This document shows, piece by piece, positions 35,514 to 42,877 of a DNA stretch of 64,000 bases. The stretch comes from an uncultured Actinomycetota bacterium (GTDB lineage Bacteria; Actinomycetota; Actinomycetes; Prado026): contig CAVQCJ010000002.1 of the NCBI GenBank assembly GCA_963711005.1, forward strand, positions 475,729 through 539,728, in the 5' to 3' direction. Position numbers and translations under genes: made by a program. Below the pieces are notes generated by a model. That model did no database searches. It saw nothing but the letters and a program-made list of their open reading frames with translations, and had not been told where the DNA came from. Position 1 is the stretch's first letter; the number at the start of each line of letters is the position of its first letter.

Positions 35514-37049
35514 TCAGGTGGACGACGCGATCGCGGCCTTCCACGCCAGCACCGAGTTGGTGTCGAGCAGGCGGTAGTCCTTCGTGACGGGCGAGTCGAA
35601 GTACGTCACGAACAACGCACTCTGTGCGGACAGGTACGCCGCCGATGCCCGCAGCCAGGCGGCGCGCCCGGCCCCGGTGGTGTCACCGGCGATGATCTGG
35701 CTGCCGAACTCCGTGACGGCGAACGGCTTGCCGGTGGACTTCGACATGGCCAGCACCGCGGCGAACTGCGCGGCAGGGTCGATGTACGAACCCTTGCCCC
35801 AGTTCTGGTTGTAGCAGTCCCAGCCGAGGACGTCGATGTACGCCGACCCCGGGTAGTAGTCCGCGAAGGAGCGGCCCGAGTAGCTGGTCAGCGTGTAGCA
35901 CATCAGGATCATCGTGGCGTGCAGACGCGGGTTCTGCGCCTTGTCCGCCAGCGTCGAGATCCGCTGCCACGCTGCCCGGTAGTCGGCCGCCGTGAAGTCG
36001 CCGGCCTCGATGTTGTCCTCGGGCTCGTGGTAGTAGGTCCAGTAGATGTCGCGATCGCGCGGGGCGGTCTCGAACCAGCTGGTCAGCGTCGCATCGTAGG
36101 TGCCGGACAGCACCTGCTGCGGGGTCGCCTTGAAGGAGACCGACACGGTCGTCCCGCTGTAGCCTGCGTTGCCCGGCCACGGCTTGGGCAGGCCCGGGTA
36201 GTAGACGCGGTCCACCGGGAGGTCGCCGAACTCCTTGACCCGACGCTGGTAGGCCGTCTCGAAGGTCTCGCCGGGCTCCTGGTAGACGCTGGTGCCGAAC
36301 AGCGTCCCGGACGGGTTGCTGACCGGGGGCGTCGGGGTGGGCGTCGGCGTCGGGGTCGGCGTCACCGTCGGGATGGCCGTCGGGGTCGGCGTCGCGGTCA
36401 CCGTGGGCGTCGGGGTGGGCGTCGAGGTCGGCGGCGGCGGGGGCGGGTCGGTGACGACCGTGTTCTCGGACAGCCACACGTCGTCGACCAGCAGCGCGTG
36501 CCCGGGCACGAGGCTACGGGCGAGCACGTTGAAGTCGAGCTGGTCGCCGGCCTTGACCGCCGTGTAGTCGAACTCGATCTTCGTCCAGTCGGACGCCTTC
36601 AGCCGCACCTGCTGTCCGTGCTGGCCGACCAGGCTGCCGGTGCCGGAGACCTCCCGGATGCGGAGCACGGCGTCGACGTAAGGGGTGGTCGTCTTGACCC
36701 ATGCGGCCGCGTGGTAGACCGCGCCCTTGTCGGTCTTGGTCACCGAGTTGGGGCTGTCCTTGAGTGCCACGGTCCCGGCGCTCGCGCCCCACAGCTTGGC
36801 GGAGAAGCCGCCCGTGTGGCCGTCGTTGGCCCGGTCCACGTGCTGCGAACCGGTCAGCGTGGTCCATCCGGTCAGGTCCTGCTCGAACCCGGGGTTCGCG
36901 ATGAGGTTCGGTGATCCACCGGCCATCGACGTGCCGATCACTGCAGCGATGCCGGAGGCTGCGAGCAACGACAGGACTGTCGCTGCTGAGGTCACTCGTC
37001 CAGCGGGGGTGAGACGGCGAGGGGACCGTCCCGGTGAGCGATGCCGCAT
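35514..37049 (-). CDS. secreted glycoside hydrolase: N-terminal CBM4/9-like domain, Pro/Thr linker, C-terminal GH26-like TIM-barrel domain
   Basis: 511 aa. Signal peptide with an RR motif. The CBM-like block NLIANPGFEQDLTGWT...VDDVWL is followed by the linker PPPPPPTSTPTPTPTVTATPTPT.... The catalytic region carries YWTYYHEPE and FAVTEFGS. Confidence 0.8.
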   Translation of the reverse strand: MRHRSPGRSPRRLTPAGRVTSAATVLSLLAASGIAAVIGTSMAGGSPNLIANPGFEQDLTGWTTLTGSQHVDRANDGHTGGFSAKLWGASAGTVALKDSPNSVTKTDKGAVYHAAAWVKTTTPYVDAVLRIREVSGTGSLVGQHGQQVRLKASDWTKIEFDYTAVKAGDQLDFNVLARSLVPGHALLVDDVWLSENTVVTDPPPPPPTSTPTPTPTVTATPTPTAIPTVTPTPTPTPTPTPPVSNPSGTLFGTSVYQEPGETFETAYQRRVKEFGDLPVDRVYYPGLPKPWPGNAGYSGTTVSVSFKATPQQVLSGTYDATLTSWFETAPRDRDIYWTYYHEPEDNIEAGDFTAADYRAAWQRISTLADKAQNPRLHATMILMCYTLTSYSGRSFADYYPGSAYIDVLGWDCYNQNWGKGSYIDPAAQFAAVLAMSKSTGKPFAVTEFGSQIIAGDTTGAGRAAWLRASAAYLSAQSALFVTYFDSPVTKDYRLLDTNSVLAWKAAIASST

Positions 37050-37353
37050 GATGTTGTCTCCCGAGGGGTTTGCGAGCCGGTGAGGGGGCCGGTCTGCGAA
37101 CGCTTCCCCCCTGGGATCGGCCCGGTGGCAGACCTCCTTGACCGGGCCGTGACCTTGCCAGAACAGGCCTAAAGGTCATGAATCAGCACAAATCGGGCAC
37201 CGCACCCGTTGGGGGTCTGGGACACCAGTTCGGGGGGTTCACTCGATCGGGTCAGCACCGACGGACTTACCGGGGCCAGGACTGTAACCGAGCGTGCCCG
37301 GAGGTCGCTCCCTGCTGTCGAGAACTGTGGATAACCCTGTGGAGATCGCTCGG

Positions 37354-38346
37354 TCAGACCGAGGTCTCGGCCCCGTCGGACGGCGTGGCCGTCTGCTCGA
37401 CGGAGTCGCCGTCTGCTCGCTGCCCGGCTCCCGGCCGCGGCTCGTACCGAGACAGCGCCGGCAGCCCGTAGGAGCGGCGCACCTGCATCCAGGCCAGGGA
37501 GCCGACGACGATCGTGACCAGGAGGATCCAGGCCAGTGCCGTGGTGCCGACGCCGACGAGCTTGAGACCGGACGCCAGCAGCACCAGCGTGAGGGCCCGG
37601 CGGATGATGCCGCCCCGGGCCTGCGAGGAGAACCGTGCCCCGATGTACACGCCGGGGATGCAGCCCACCAGCAGCGACGCCGTGATCCCGAGCTGGAAGT
37701 CGCCGTACAGCACGTGCCCGAGCGCGGCCGCGGCGACGAGCGGCACCGCCTGGACCAGGTCGGTCCCGACCAGCTGGTTGGCCTTGAGGACGGGGTAGAG
37801 CATCAGCAGCGCGATGATGATGAGCGACCCGGAGCCAACGCTGGTCATGCCCACGACCAGGCCACCGACCGCGCCGATCGCGATCGTCGGCAGGACCTTC
37901 ACCTTCAGCGGGGGCGGAACGGGGCTGGTGTCCACGGCGAGCCCCTGCGAGCGCCGCTGCACCCGCTCGCGCAGGGCGAGGTACGTCTTGACGATGAGGC
38001 CGAGGACGGCCAGGAGCAACGCGTATCCCAGCGCCTGCTTGACCACGCCCTGCAGGTCTGCCGCGCCGAGCGCGCGCAGCACGAACACCCCGGCGAAGGC
38101 GCACGGCACCGACCCGATGGCCAACCACTGGACGAGCTTCCAGTTGACCGTGCCGCGGCGGATGTGCACCGCGGCACCGACCGGCTTCATGAACACCGAC
38201 GCGACCAGGTCGCTGGAGACGGCGGCGAGTGGCTGGATGTTGAAGACGAGGACCAGGATCGGGGTCATCAGCGCGCCGCCACCCATACCGGTCAGACCCA
38301 CCACGACGCCGACGATCAGCCCGGCCAGGGCCAGTCCGTAGTCCAT
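37354..38346 (-). CDS. TauE/SafE (TSUP, DUF81) family anion permease
   Basis: MDYGLALAGLIVGVVVGLTGMGGGALMTPILV... with the duplicated 4-TM pattern of TSUP proteins. ATG 38346 overlaps the cysC-fusion stop as ATGA. Confidence 0.8.
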   Translation of the reverse strand: MDYGLALAGLIVGVVVGLTGMGGGALMTPILVLVFNIQPLAAVSSDLVASVFMKPVGAAVHIRRGTVNWKLVQWLAIGSVPCAFAGVFVLRALGAADLQGVVKQALGYALLLAVLGLIVKTYLALRERVQRRSQGLAVDTSPVPPPLKVKVLPTIAIGAVGGLVVGMTSVGSGSLIIIALLMLYPVLKANQLVGTDLVQAVPLVAAAALGHVLYGDFQLGITASLLVGCIPGVYIGARFSSQARGGIIRRALTLVLLASGLKLVGVGTTALAWILLVTIVVGSLAWMQVRRSYGLPALSRYEPRPGAGQRADGDSVEQTATPSDGAETSV

Positions 38347-39818
38347 CAGCCGTCCTCTCCTCGTGCCGTGGGCGCGAAGCCGCGCAGGCGCAGCTCCGCC
38401 AGGACCAGCTCCACCGCAGTAGCCACATCGACAGCCGAGGTGTCCACCCGGAGGTCCGCGTCGGCGGGTTCTTCGTAGGGGTCGCTCACCCCGGTGAACT
38501 CCGGCAGCAGCCCGGCTCGAGCCTGGGCGTACAGCCCCTTCCGGTCCCGGGCCTCGCAGACCTCGAGCGGGGTGCTGACGTGCACGAGCAGGAACTCCCC
38601 ACCGGCGTCGGCCGCCATCGCACGCACCGCGGCCCTGGTGCTGTCGTACGGCGCGATCGGCGCGCACAATGCCACCCCGCCGTGCCGCGCCACCTCGGCG
38701 GCGACGAAGCCGATGCGGCGGACGTTCGTGTCCCGGTCCGCTCGAGAGAAGCCCAGGCCCTTGGACAGGTGCCGCCGCACGACGTCGCCGTCCAGCAGGG
38801 TCACCGTGCGGTCGGTGGACTCCAGCAACGCCTCGGCGACCCCCTGCGCGACGGTCGACTTGCCCGACCCGGACAGGCCGGTGAAGAAGAGGACCACCCC
38901 GCGACGCTCCGGCGGCGGGCGGTGGGCGCGCAGCACGTCCAGCGCGGCCTCGGGGAAACCGGACCCCTGCTCGACCAGCCAGTCCAGCTCGGCCCGGGTG
39001 GCCGGCGGCAGGTGCAGCGCCTGCGGCACGCCGTAGGCCTTCGCCACCGTCTCGCGAAGGGCCAGGTCGACGGTCGTACCCGTCCCGGTCAGCGGCAGCG
39101 CCACGGGGACCACGACGGATCCGTCCGGGAGCGCGGGCAACGTGGCCCGGAGCGCGCGCACCAGTCCGAAGGCGCCCGGGTACGGGGCGCGTCCGTGCCC
39201 GACCAGGGCCAGCACCAGGACCGGTTGCCCGGCCGCCCGCGCGGCCACGACCGCCAGGTCGTCGGCGATGAGCGGGCGTGCGGTGGTGACGGCCAGGGCG
39301 GGCGGCACCGGGCGGGCCGCCACCTCGGCCGGAGTCAGCCGCATCCGGCGGAACGGGCCGTGGCTGAGCGGGCGCAGCCCGGTGACCGCACCCGCGACCA
39401 GAACCGGTCCCGGCTCGCCGTCGTCGGCAGCACCCGCGTCGTCGACCGGGGAGGTCGCCGTGACCTCGAGCAGGGCGACCGGAACGCCCTCGGCGTCCTC
39501 GAGCACCGCCCGGCCGCCCGCGGCGACGGCGCGGGCGAGCTCGGCCGGCACGGTCAACGGGACCTGGAGCAGGGCGCCCGGCTCGCCGGGGAGCGTGAAA
39601 CCGCCGGTGACGATCCCGGCCAGCTCGAGCTCGACGAGGTCCAGCGCCGCGCCCTCGACATGCACGGACGGCAGCGCGGCCAGCTCCTCGGGAAGCACCC
39701 CGACGCTGAGCGCCACCGCCTCGGCGACCACCTGCGCGACGACCTGGTCGGAGGTCAGACCCTCATCCGGGGGCCCGGCTTCCGACTCGGTCGTGTCGTC
39801 CATCGCCGCCTGTTCCAT
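38346..39818 (-). CDS. cysC: adenylylsulfate (APS) kinase fused to an N-terminal degenerate ATP-sulfurylase-like domain
   Basis: The C-terminal 190 aa carry FFTGLSGSGKSTVA, LDGDVVRRHL, FSRADRDTNVRRIGFVA and CAPIAPY, which is canonical CysC. The N-terminal ~290 aa are colinear with Sat (PUA-like plus catalytic fold). QTRNPxHRAH is replaced by TTARPLIADD, and no GRDHAG motif is present. Confidence 0.85.
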   Translation of the reverse strand: MEQAAMDDTTESEAGPPDEGLTSDQVVAQVVAEAVALSVGVLPEELAALPSVHVEGAALDLVELELAGIVTGGFTLPGEPGALLQVPLTVPAELARAVAAGGRAVLEDAEGVPVALLEVTATSPVDDAGAADDGEPGPVLVAGAVTGLRPLSHGPFRRMRLTPAEVAARPVPPALAVTTARPLIADDLAVVAARAAGQPVLVLALVGHGRAPYPGAFGLVRALRATLPALPDGSVVVPVALPLTGTGTTVDLALRETVAKAYGVPQALHLPPATRAELDWLVEQGSGFPEAALDVLRAHRPPPERRGVVLFFTGLSGSGKSTVAQGVAEALLESTDRTVTLLDGDVVRRHLSKGLGFSRADRDTNVRRIGFVAAEVARHGGVALCAPIAPYDSTRAAVRAMAADAGGEFLLVHVSTPLEVCEARDRKGLYAQARAGLLPEFTGVSDPYEEPADADLRVDTSAVDVATAVELVLAELRLRGFAPTARGEDG

Positions 39819-39838
39819 CGGTTCCGCGGGTACGGCGT

Positions 39839-41092
39839 TCAGTCGCCGGCCGTGATCATCCCGGCCGCGACGGTGCGGTTGGTCGCCTCGTCGACGAGCA
39901 CGAAGCCCCCGGTGGTGCGGTTGCGCGAGTACGGGTCGCAGAGCAACGGCTGGGTGGTCCGCAGGCGCACCCGGCCGATCTCGTTGAGCCGCAGCTCCTC
40001 GGCCGCCTCGTCGCGGTGCAGGGTGTTGACGTCGAGGCGGTACTGCAGGTCCTTGACCATCGCCCGCACCCCGCGGGTGGTGTGCTTGACCGCCAGCTTC
40101 TGGCCGGCCCGCAACGACGAGGTGCCGTCCATCCAGCAGATCATCGCGTCGATGTCCTGGGTGACGAGCGGCTGGTTGTGCGGGCGGCAGACCATGTCGC
40201 CGCGCGAGACGTCGAGGTTGTCCTCCAGTCGCACGGTGACCGACATGGGCGGGTACGCCTCGTCGACCGGGCCGTCACCGGTCTCGATGGACGCGATCCG
40301 CGACGTGAACCCCGACGGCAGCACGACGACCTCGTCGCCGGGCTTGAGCACGCCGCCGGCCACCTGGCCCGCGTAGCCGCGGTAGTCCGGGTACGCCGAC
40401 GACTGCGGCCGGATCACGTACTGGACCGGGAACCGCACGTCGACCAGGTTGCGGTCGGAGGCCACATGCACGTTCTCCAGGTGGTGCAGCAGCGACGGGC
40501 CGTCGTACCAGGGCATCTTGTCGCTGCGGGTGACGACGTTGTCGCCGTTGAGCGCCGACACCGGGATGAACGTGAGGTCCGGGATGTTCAGCTTGGTCGC
40601 GAACGCCGTGAACTCGGCGCGGATGTCCTCGAACACCTGCTCGGAGAAGTCGACCAGGTCCATCTTGTTGATGCACAGCACGAGGTGCGGCACCCGCAGC
40701 AGCGTCGTGAGGAACGCGTGCCGGCGGCTCTGCTCGACCAGGCCGTTGCGCGCGTCGACGAGGATGATGGCGAGGTCGGCGGTCGAGGCCCCGGTGACCA
40801 TGTTGCGGGTGTACTGGATGTGGCCGGGGGTGTCCGCGATGATGAACTTGCGCTTCGGGGTCGCGAAGTACCGGTAGGCCACGTCGATCGTGATGCCCTG
40901 CTCGCGCTCGGCTCGGAGCCCGTCGGTGAGCAGCGCGAGGTTGGTGTACTCGTCGCCGCGCTCCCGGCTGGTGCGCTCGACCGACTCGAGCTGGTCCTCG
41001 AAGATGGCCTTGCTGTCGTACAGGAGCCGTCCGATCAGCGTGCTCTTGCCGTCGTCGACCGAGCCGGCGGTGGCGAACCTGAGCAGGTCCAT
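39839..41092 (-). CDS. cysN: sulfate adenylyltransferase subunit 1 (GTPase)
   Basis: 417 aa. GSVDDGKSTLIGRLL, DTPGHIQYTRNM, NKMDL. No fused kinase domain. ATG overlaps the cysD stop (ATGA at 41092). Confidence 0.95.
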   Translation of the reverse strand: MDLLRFATAGSVDDGKSTLIGRLLYDSKAIFEDQLESVERTSRERGDEYTNLALLTDGLRAEREQGITIDVAYRYFATPKRKFIIADTPGHIQYTRNMVTGASTADLAIILVDARNGLVEQSRRHAFLTTLLRVPHLVLCINKMDLVDFSEQVFEDIRAEFTAFATKLNIPDLTFIPVSALNGDNVVTRSDKMPWYDGPSLLHHLENVHVASDRNLVDVRFPVQYVIRPQSSAYPDYRGYAGQVAGGVLKPGDEVVVLPSGFTSRIASIETGDGPVDEAYPPMSVTVRLEDNLDVSRGDMVCRPHNQPLVTQDIDAMICWMDGTSSLRAGQKLAVKHTTRGVRAMVKDLQYRLDVNTLHRDEAAEELRLNEIGRVRLRTTQPLLCDPYSRNRTTGGFVLVDEATNRTVAAGMITAGD

Positions 41093-42027
41093 CAGAAGTA
41101 GCCTTCCTTCTTGCGGTCTTCCATCGCGGCCTCGCTGACCTTGTCGTCACCGCGGGTCGCACCGCGCTCGGTCAGCCTGGTGACCGCGACCTCGTCGATG
41201 ATCTTGTGCAGCGTGTCGGCCTCGGAGTAGACCGCCGCGGTCAGCGTCGCGTCGCCGACGGTGCGGTACCGGACCGTCGCCGTGAAGACCTCGTCGCCGG
41301 GGCGCGGCCGGGAGAACTCGGTGACCGCCATCACCATCCCCTCGCGCACGAACACCTCGCGTTGGTGGGCGAAGTAGATGGACGGGAGCGCGATCTGCTC
41401 AGTGGCGATGTACTGCCACACGTCCAGCTCGGTCCAGTTGGACAGCGGAAAGACCCGGATGCTCTCCCCCGCGTGCACCCGGCCGTTGTAGAGGCTCCAC
41501 AGCTCGGGGCGCTGGTTCTTGGGGTCCCACTGCCCGAACTCGTCGCGGAACGAGAACACCCGCTCCTTGGCCCGGGCCTTCTCCTCGTCCCGGCGGGCGC
41601 CGCCGAACAGCGAGTCGAAGCGGTACTTCTCGGCGGCCTCGAGCAGGACCTGGGTCTGGATCCGGTTGCGCGAGCCGTTGGGCTCCTCGCGGACGATGCC
41701 GCGGTCGATCGCGTCCTGGACCGAGGCGACGATCAGCTGCAGGCCGAGCTCGCCGACGCGGCGGTCGCGGAACGCGAGCACCTCGGGGAAGTTGTGCCCG
41801 GTGTCCACGTGCAGCACCGGGAACGGGATCGCGGCCGGCCAGAACGCCTTCTCGGCCAGCCGCAGCATGACGATGGAGTCCTTGCCGCCGGAGAACATCA
41901 GCGCCGGGCGCTGCATCTCCGCGACCACCTCGCGGATGATGTGGATGGACTCCGCCTCGAGCGCCCTGAGCTGGCTCAGGTTGTAGTCGCGGCCGGGCGC
42001 CCCCGGGTTGGTGTCGGCCGGCGTCAC
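41092..42027 (-). CDS. cysD: sulfate adenylyltransferase subunit 2
   Basis: LRALEAESIHIIREV...LMFSGGKDSIVMLRLA...HVDTGHNFPEV. GTG 42027 overlaps the cysQ stop as GTGA (42024-42027). The rest of the 509-aa track ORF is a shadow extension. Confidence 0.95.
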   Translation of the reverse strand: MTPADTNPGAPGRDYNLSQLRALEAESIHIIREVVAEMQRPALMFSGGKDSIVMLRLAEKAFWPAAIPFPVLHVDTGHNFPEVLAFRDRRVGELGLQLIVASVQDAIDRGIVREEPNGSRNRIQTQVLLEAAEKYRFDSLFGGARRDEEKARAKERVFSFRDEFGQWDPKNQRPELWSLYNGRVHAGESIRVFPLSNWTELDVWQYIATEQIALPSIYFAHQREVFVREGMVMAVTEFSRPRPGDEVFTATVRYRTVGDATLTAAVYSEADTLHKIIDEVAVTRLTERGATRGDDKVSEAAMEDRKKEGYF

Positions 42028-42794
42028 AGGGCAACCTCCGAGATCGTCGTCAGCACACGGTCCGCGAGCTCGGGCCGGCACACCACCAGGTCGGGCAGGA
42101 GGACGTCGCGGCGGTTGTACAGCAACGGCGACCCGTCCAGCCGGGAGGCGTGCAGCCCGGCTGCCAGGGCCACGGCGACCGGGGCCGCCGAGTCCCACTC
42201 GTACTGTCCGCCCGCGTGCACGTACAGGTCCACCTCGCCACGCACGACGGCCGCCACCTTGTAGCCCGCCGAACCCATCGGCACCGCCTCCAGGCCCAGC
42301 CGCTCGACCAGGCGCTGGGCGACCGCCGGCGGCCGGGTGCGGCTGACGGCCATCCGGAGCCGGGCGTCCGGGCCGCCGGCCGGCGGCGGGACGACCGGTG
42401 CCGGGTCGGTGCCCAGGACCAGGTCCAGGCCAGGCAGGGCCACCGCACCGGCGGCCAGGTCCCCGTCGGCCCAGAGCGCCACGTGGACGGCCCAGTCGTG
42501 CCGGCCCTCGGAGTACTCGCGGGTCCCGTCCAGTGGGTCGATGATCCAGACGCGGGCGGCGTCGAGGCGGCGCAGGTCGTCCGCAGCCTCCTCGGAGAGC
42601 ACCGCGTCGTCCGGGCACCACTGGGCGAGCCGTTGCGCGAGCAGGTCCTGGGAGGACCGGTCGCCGAGCACTTTGAGCTCGGCCGGGTCAGCCGCGGGGT
42701 GTCCGGCGCGGACGGAGACGAGCAGCTGACCGGCCTCGTACGCCAGTGCGGCAGCGCGTTCGGCGTCGCTCGAGGTCGTCGGCACGGACACCAT
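42024..42794 (-). CDS. cysQ: 3'(2'),5'-bisphosphate nucleotidase (PAP phosphatase), IMPase family
   Basis: VLSEEAADD, WIIDPLDGTREY and YEWDSAAP are IMPase/CysQ motifs. Start at ATG 42794 (alternative 42863, 15 nt below the PGT stop). Confidence 0.85.
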   Translation of the reverse strand: MVSVPTTSSDAERAAALAYEAGQLLVSVRAGHPAADPAELKVLGDRSSQDLLAQRLAQWCPDDAVLSEEAADDLRRLDAARVWIIDPLDGTREYSEGRHDWAVHVALWADGDLAAGAVALPGLDLVLGTDPAPVVPPPAGGPDARLRMAVSRTRPPAVAQRLVERLGLEAVPMGSAGYKVAAVVRGEVDLYVHAGGQYEWDSAAPVAVALAAGLHASRLDGSPLLYNRRDVLLPDLVVCRPELADRVLTTISEVAL

Positions 42795-42877
42795 CCTAAG
42801 AACCTCGGTGACGCTGCGTGATCGCACCGGGGCGACGACCATCGGATTCGTTGTTCCGGGCATCTGCGACCGCCGGC

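Noticed and set aside
36322-36450. Repetitive GTCGGGGTGGGCGTCGGCGTC-type DNA resembling a tandem or CRISPR-like array; a similar stretch lies at 33720-33790
   Set aside because: These stretches encode Pro/Thr linkers (TPTPTPT...) inside the CBM-GH and LAxTG proteins. There is no spacer/repeat organisation.
37325-37342. TGTGGATAA (a perfect DnaA-box complement, TTATCCACA) followed by a second TGTGGA 3 nt later
   Set aside because: It is a single isolated box in the tauE/CBM-GH intergenic region. There is no cluster of boxes, no AT-rich unwinding element and no dnaA/dnaN nearby. It is most likely a chance occurrence or at most a minor DnaA titration site, not oriC.
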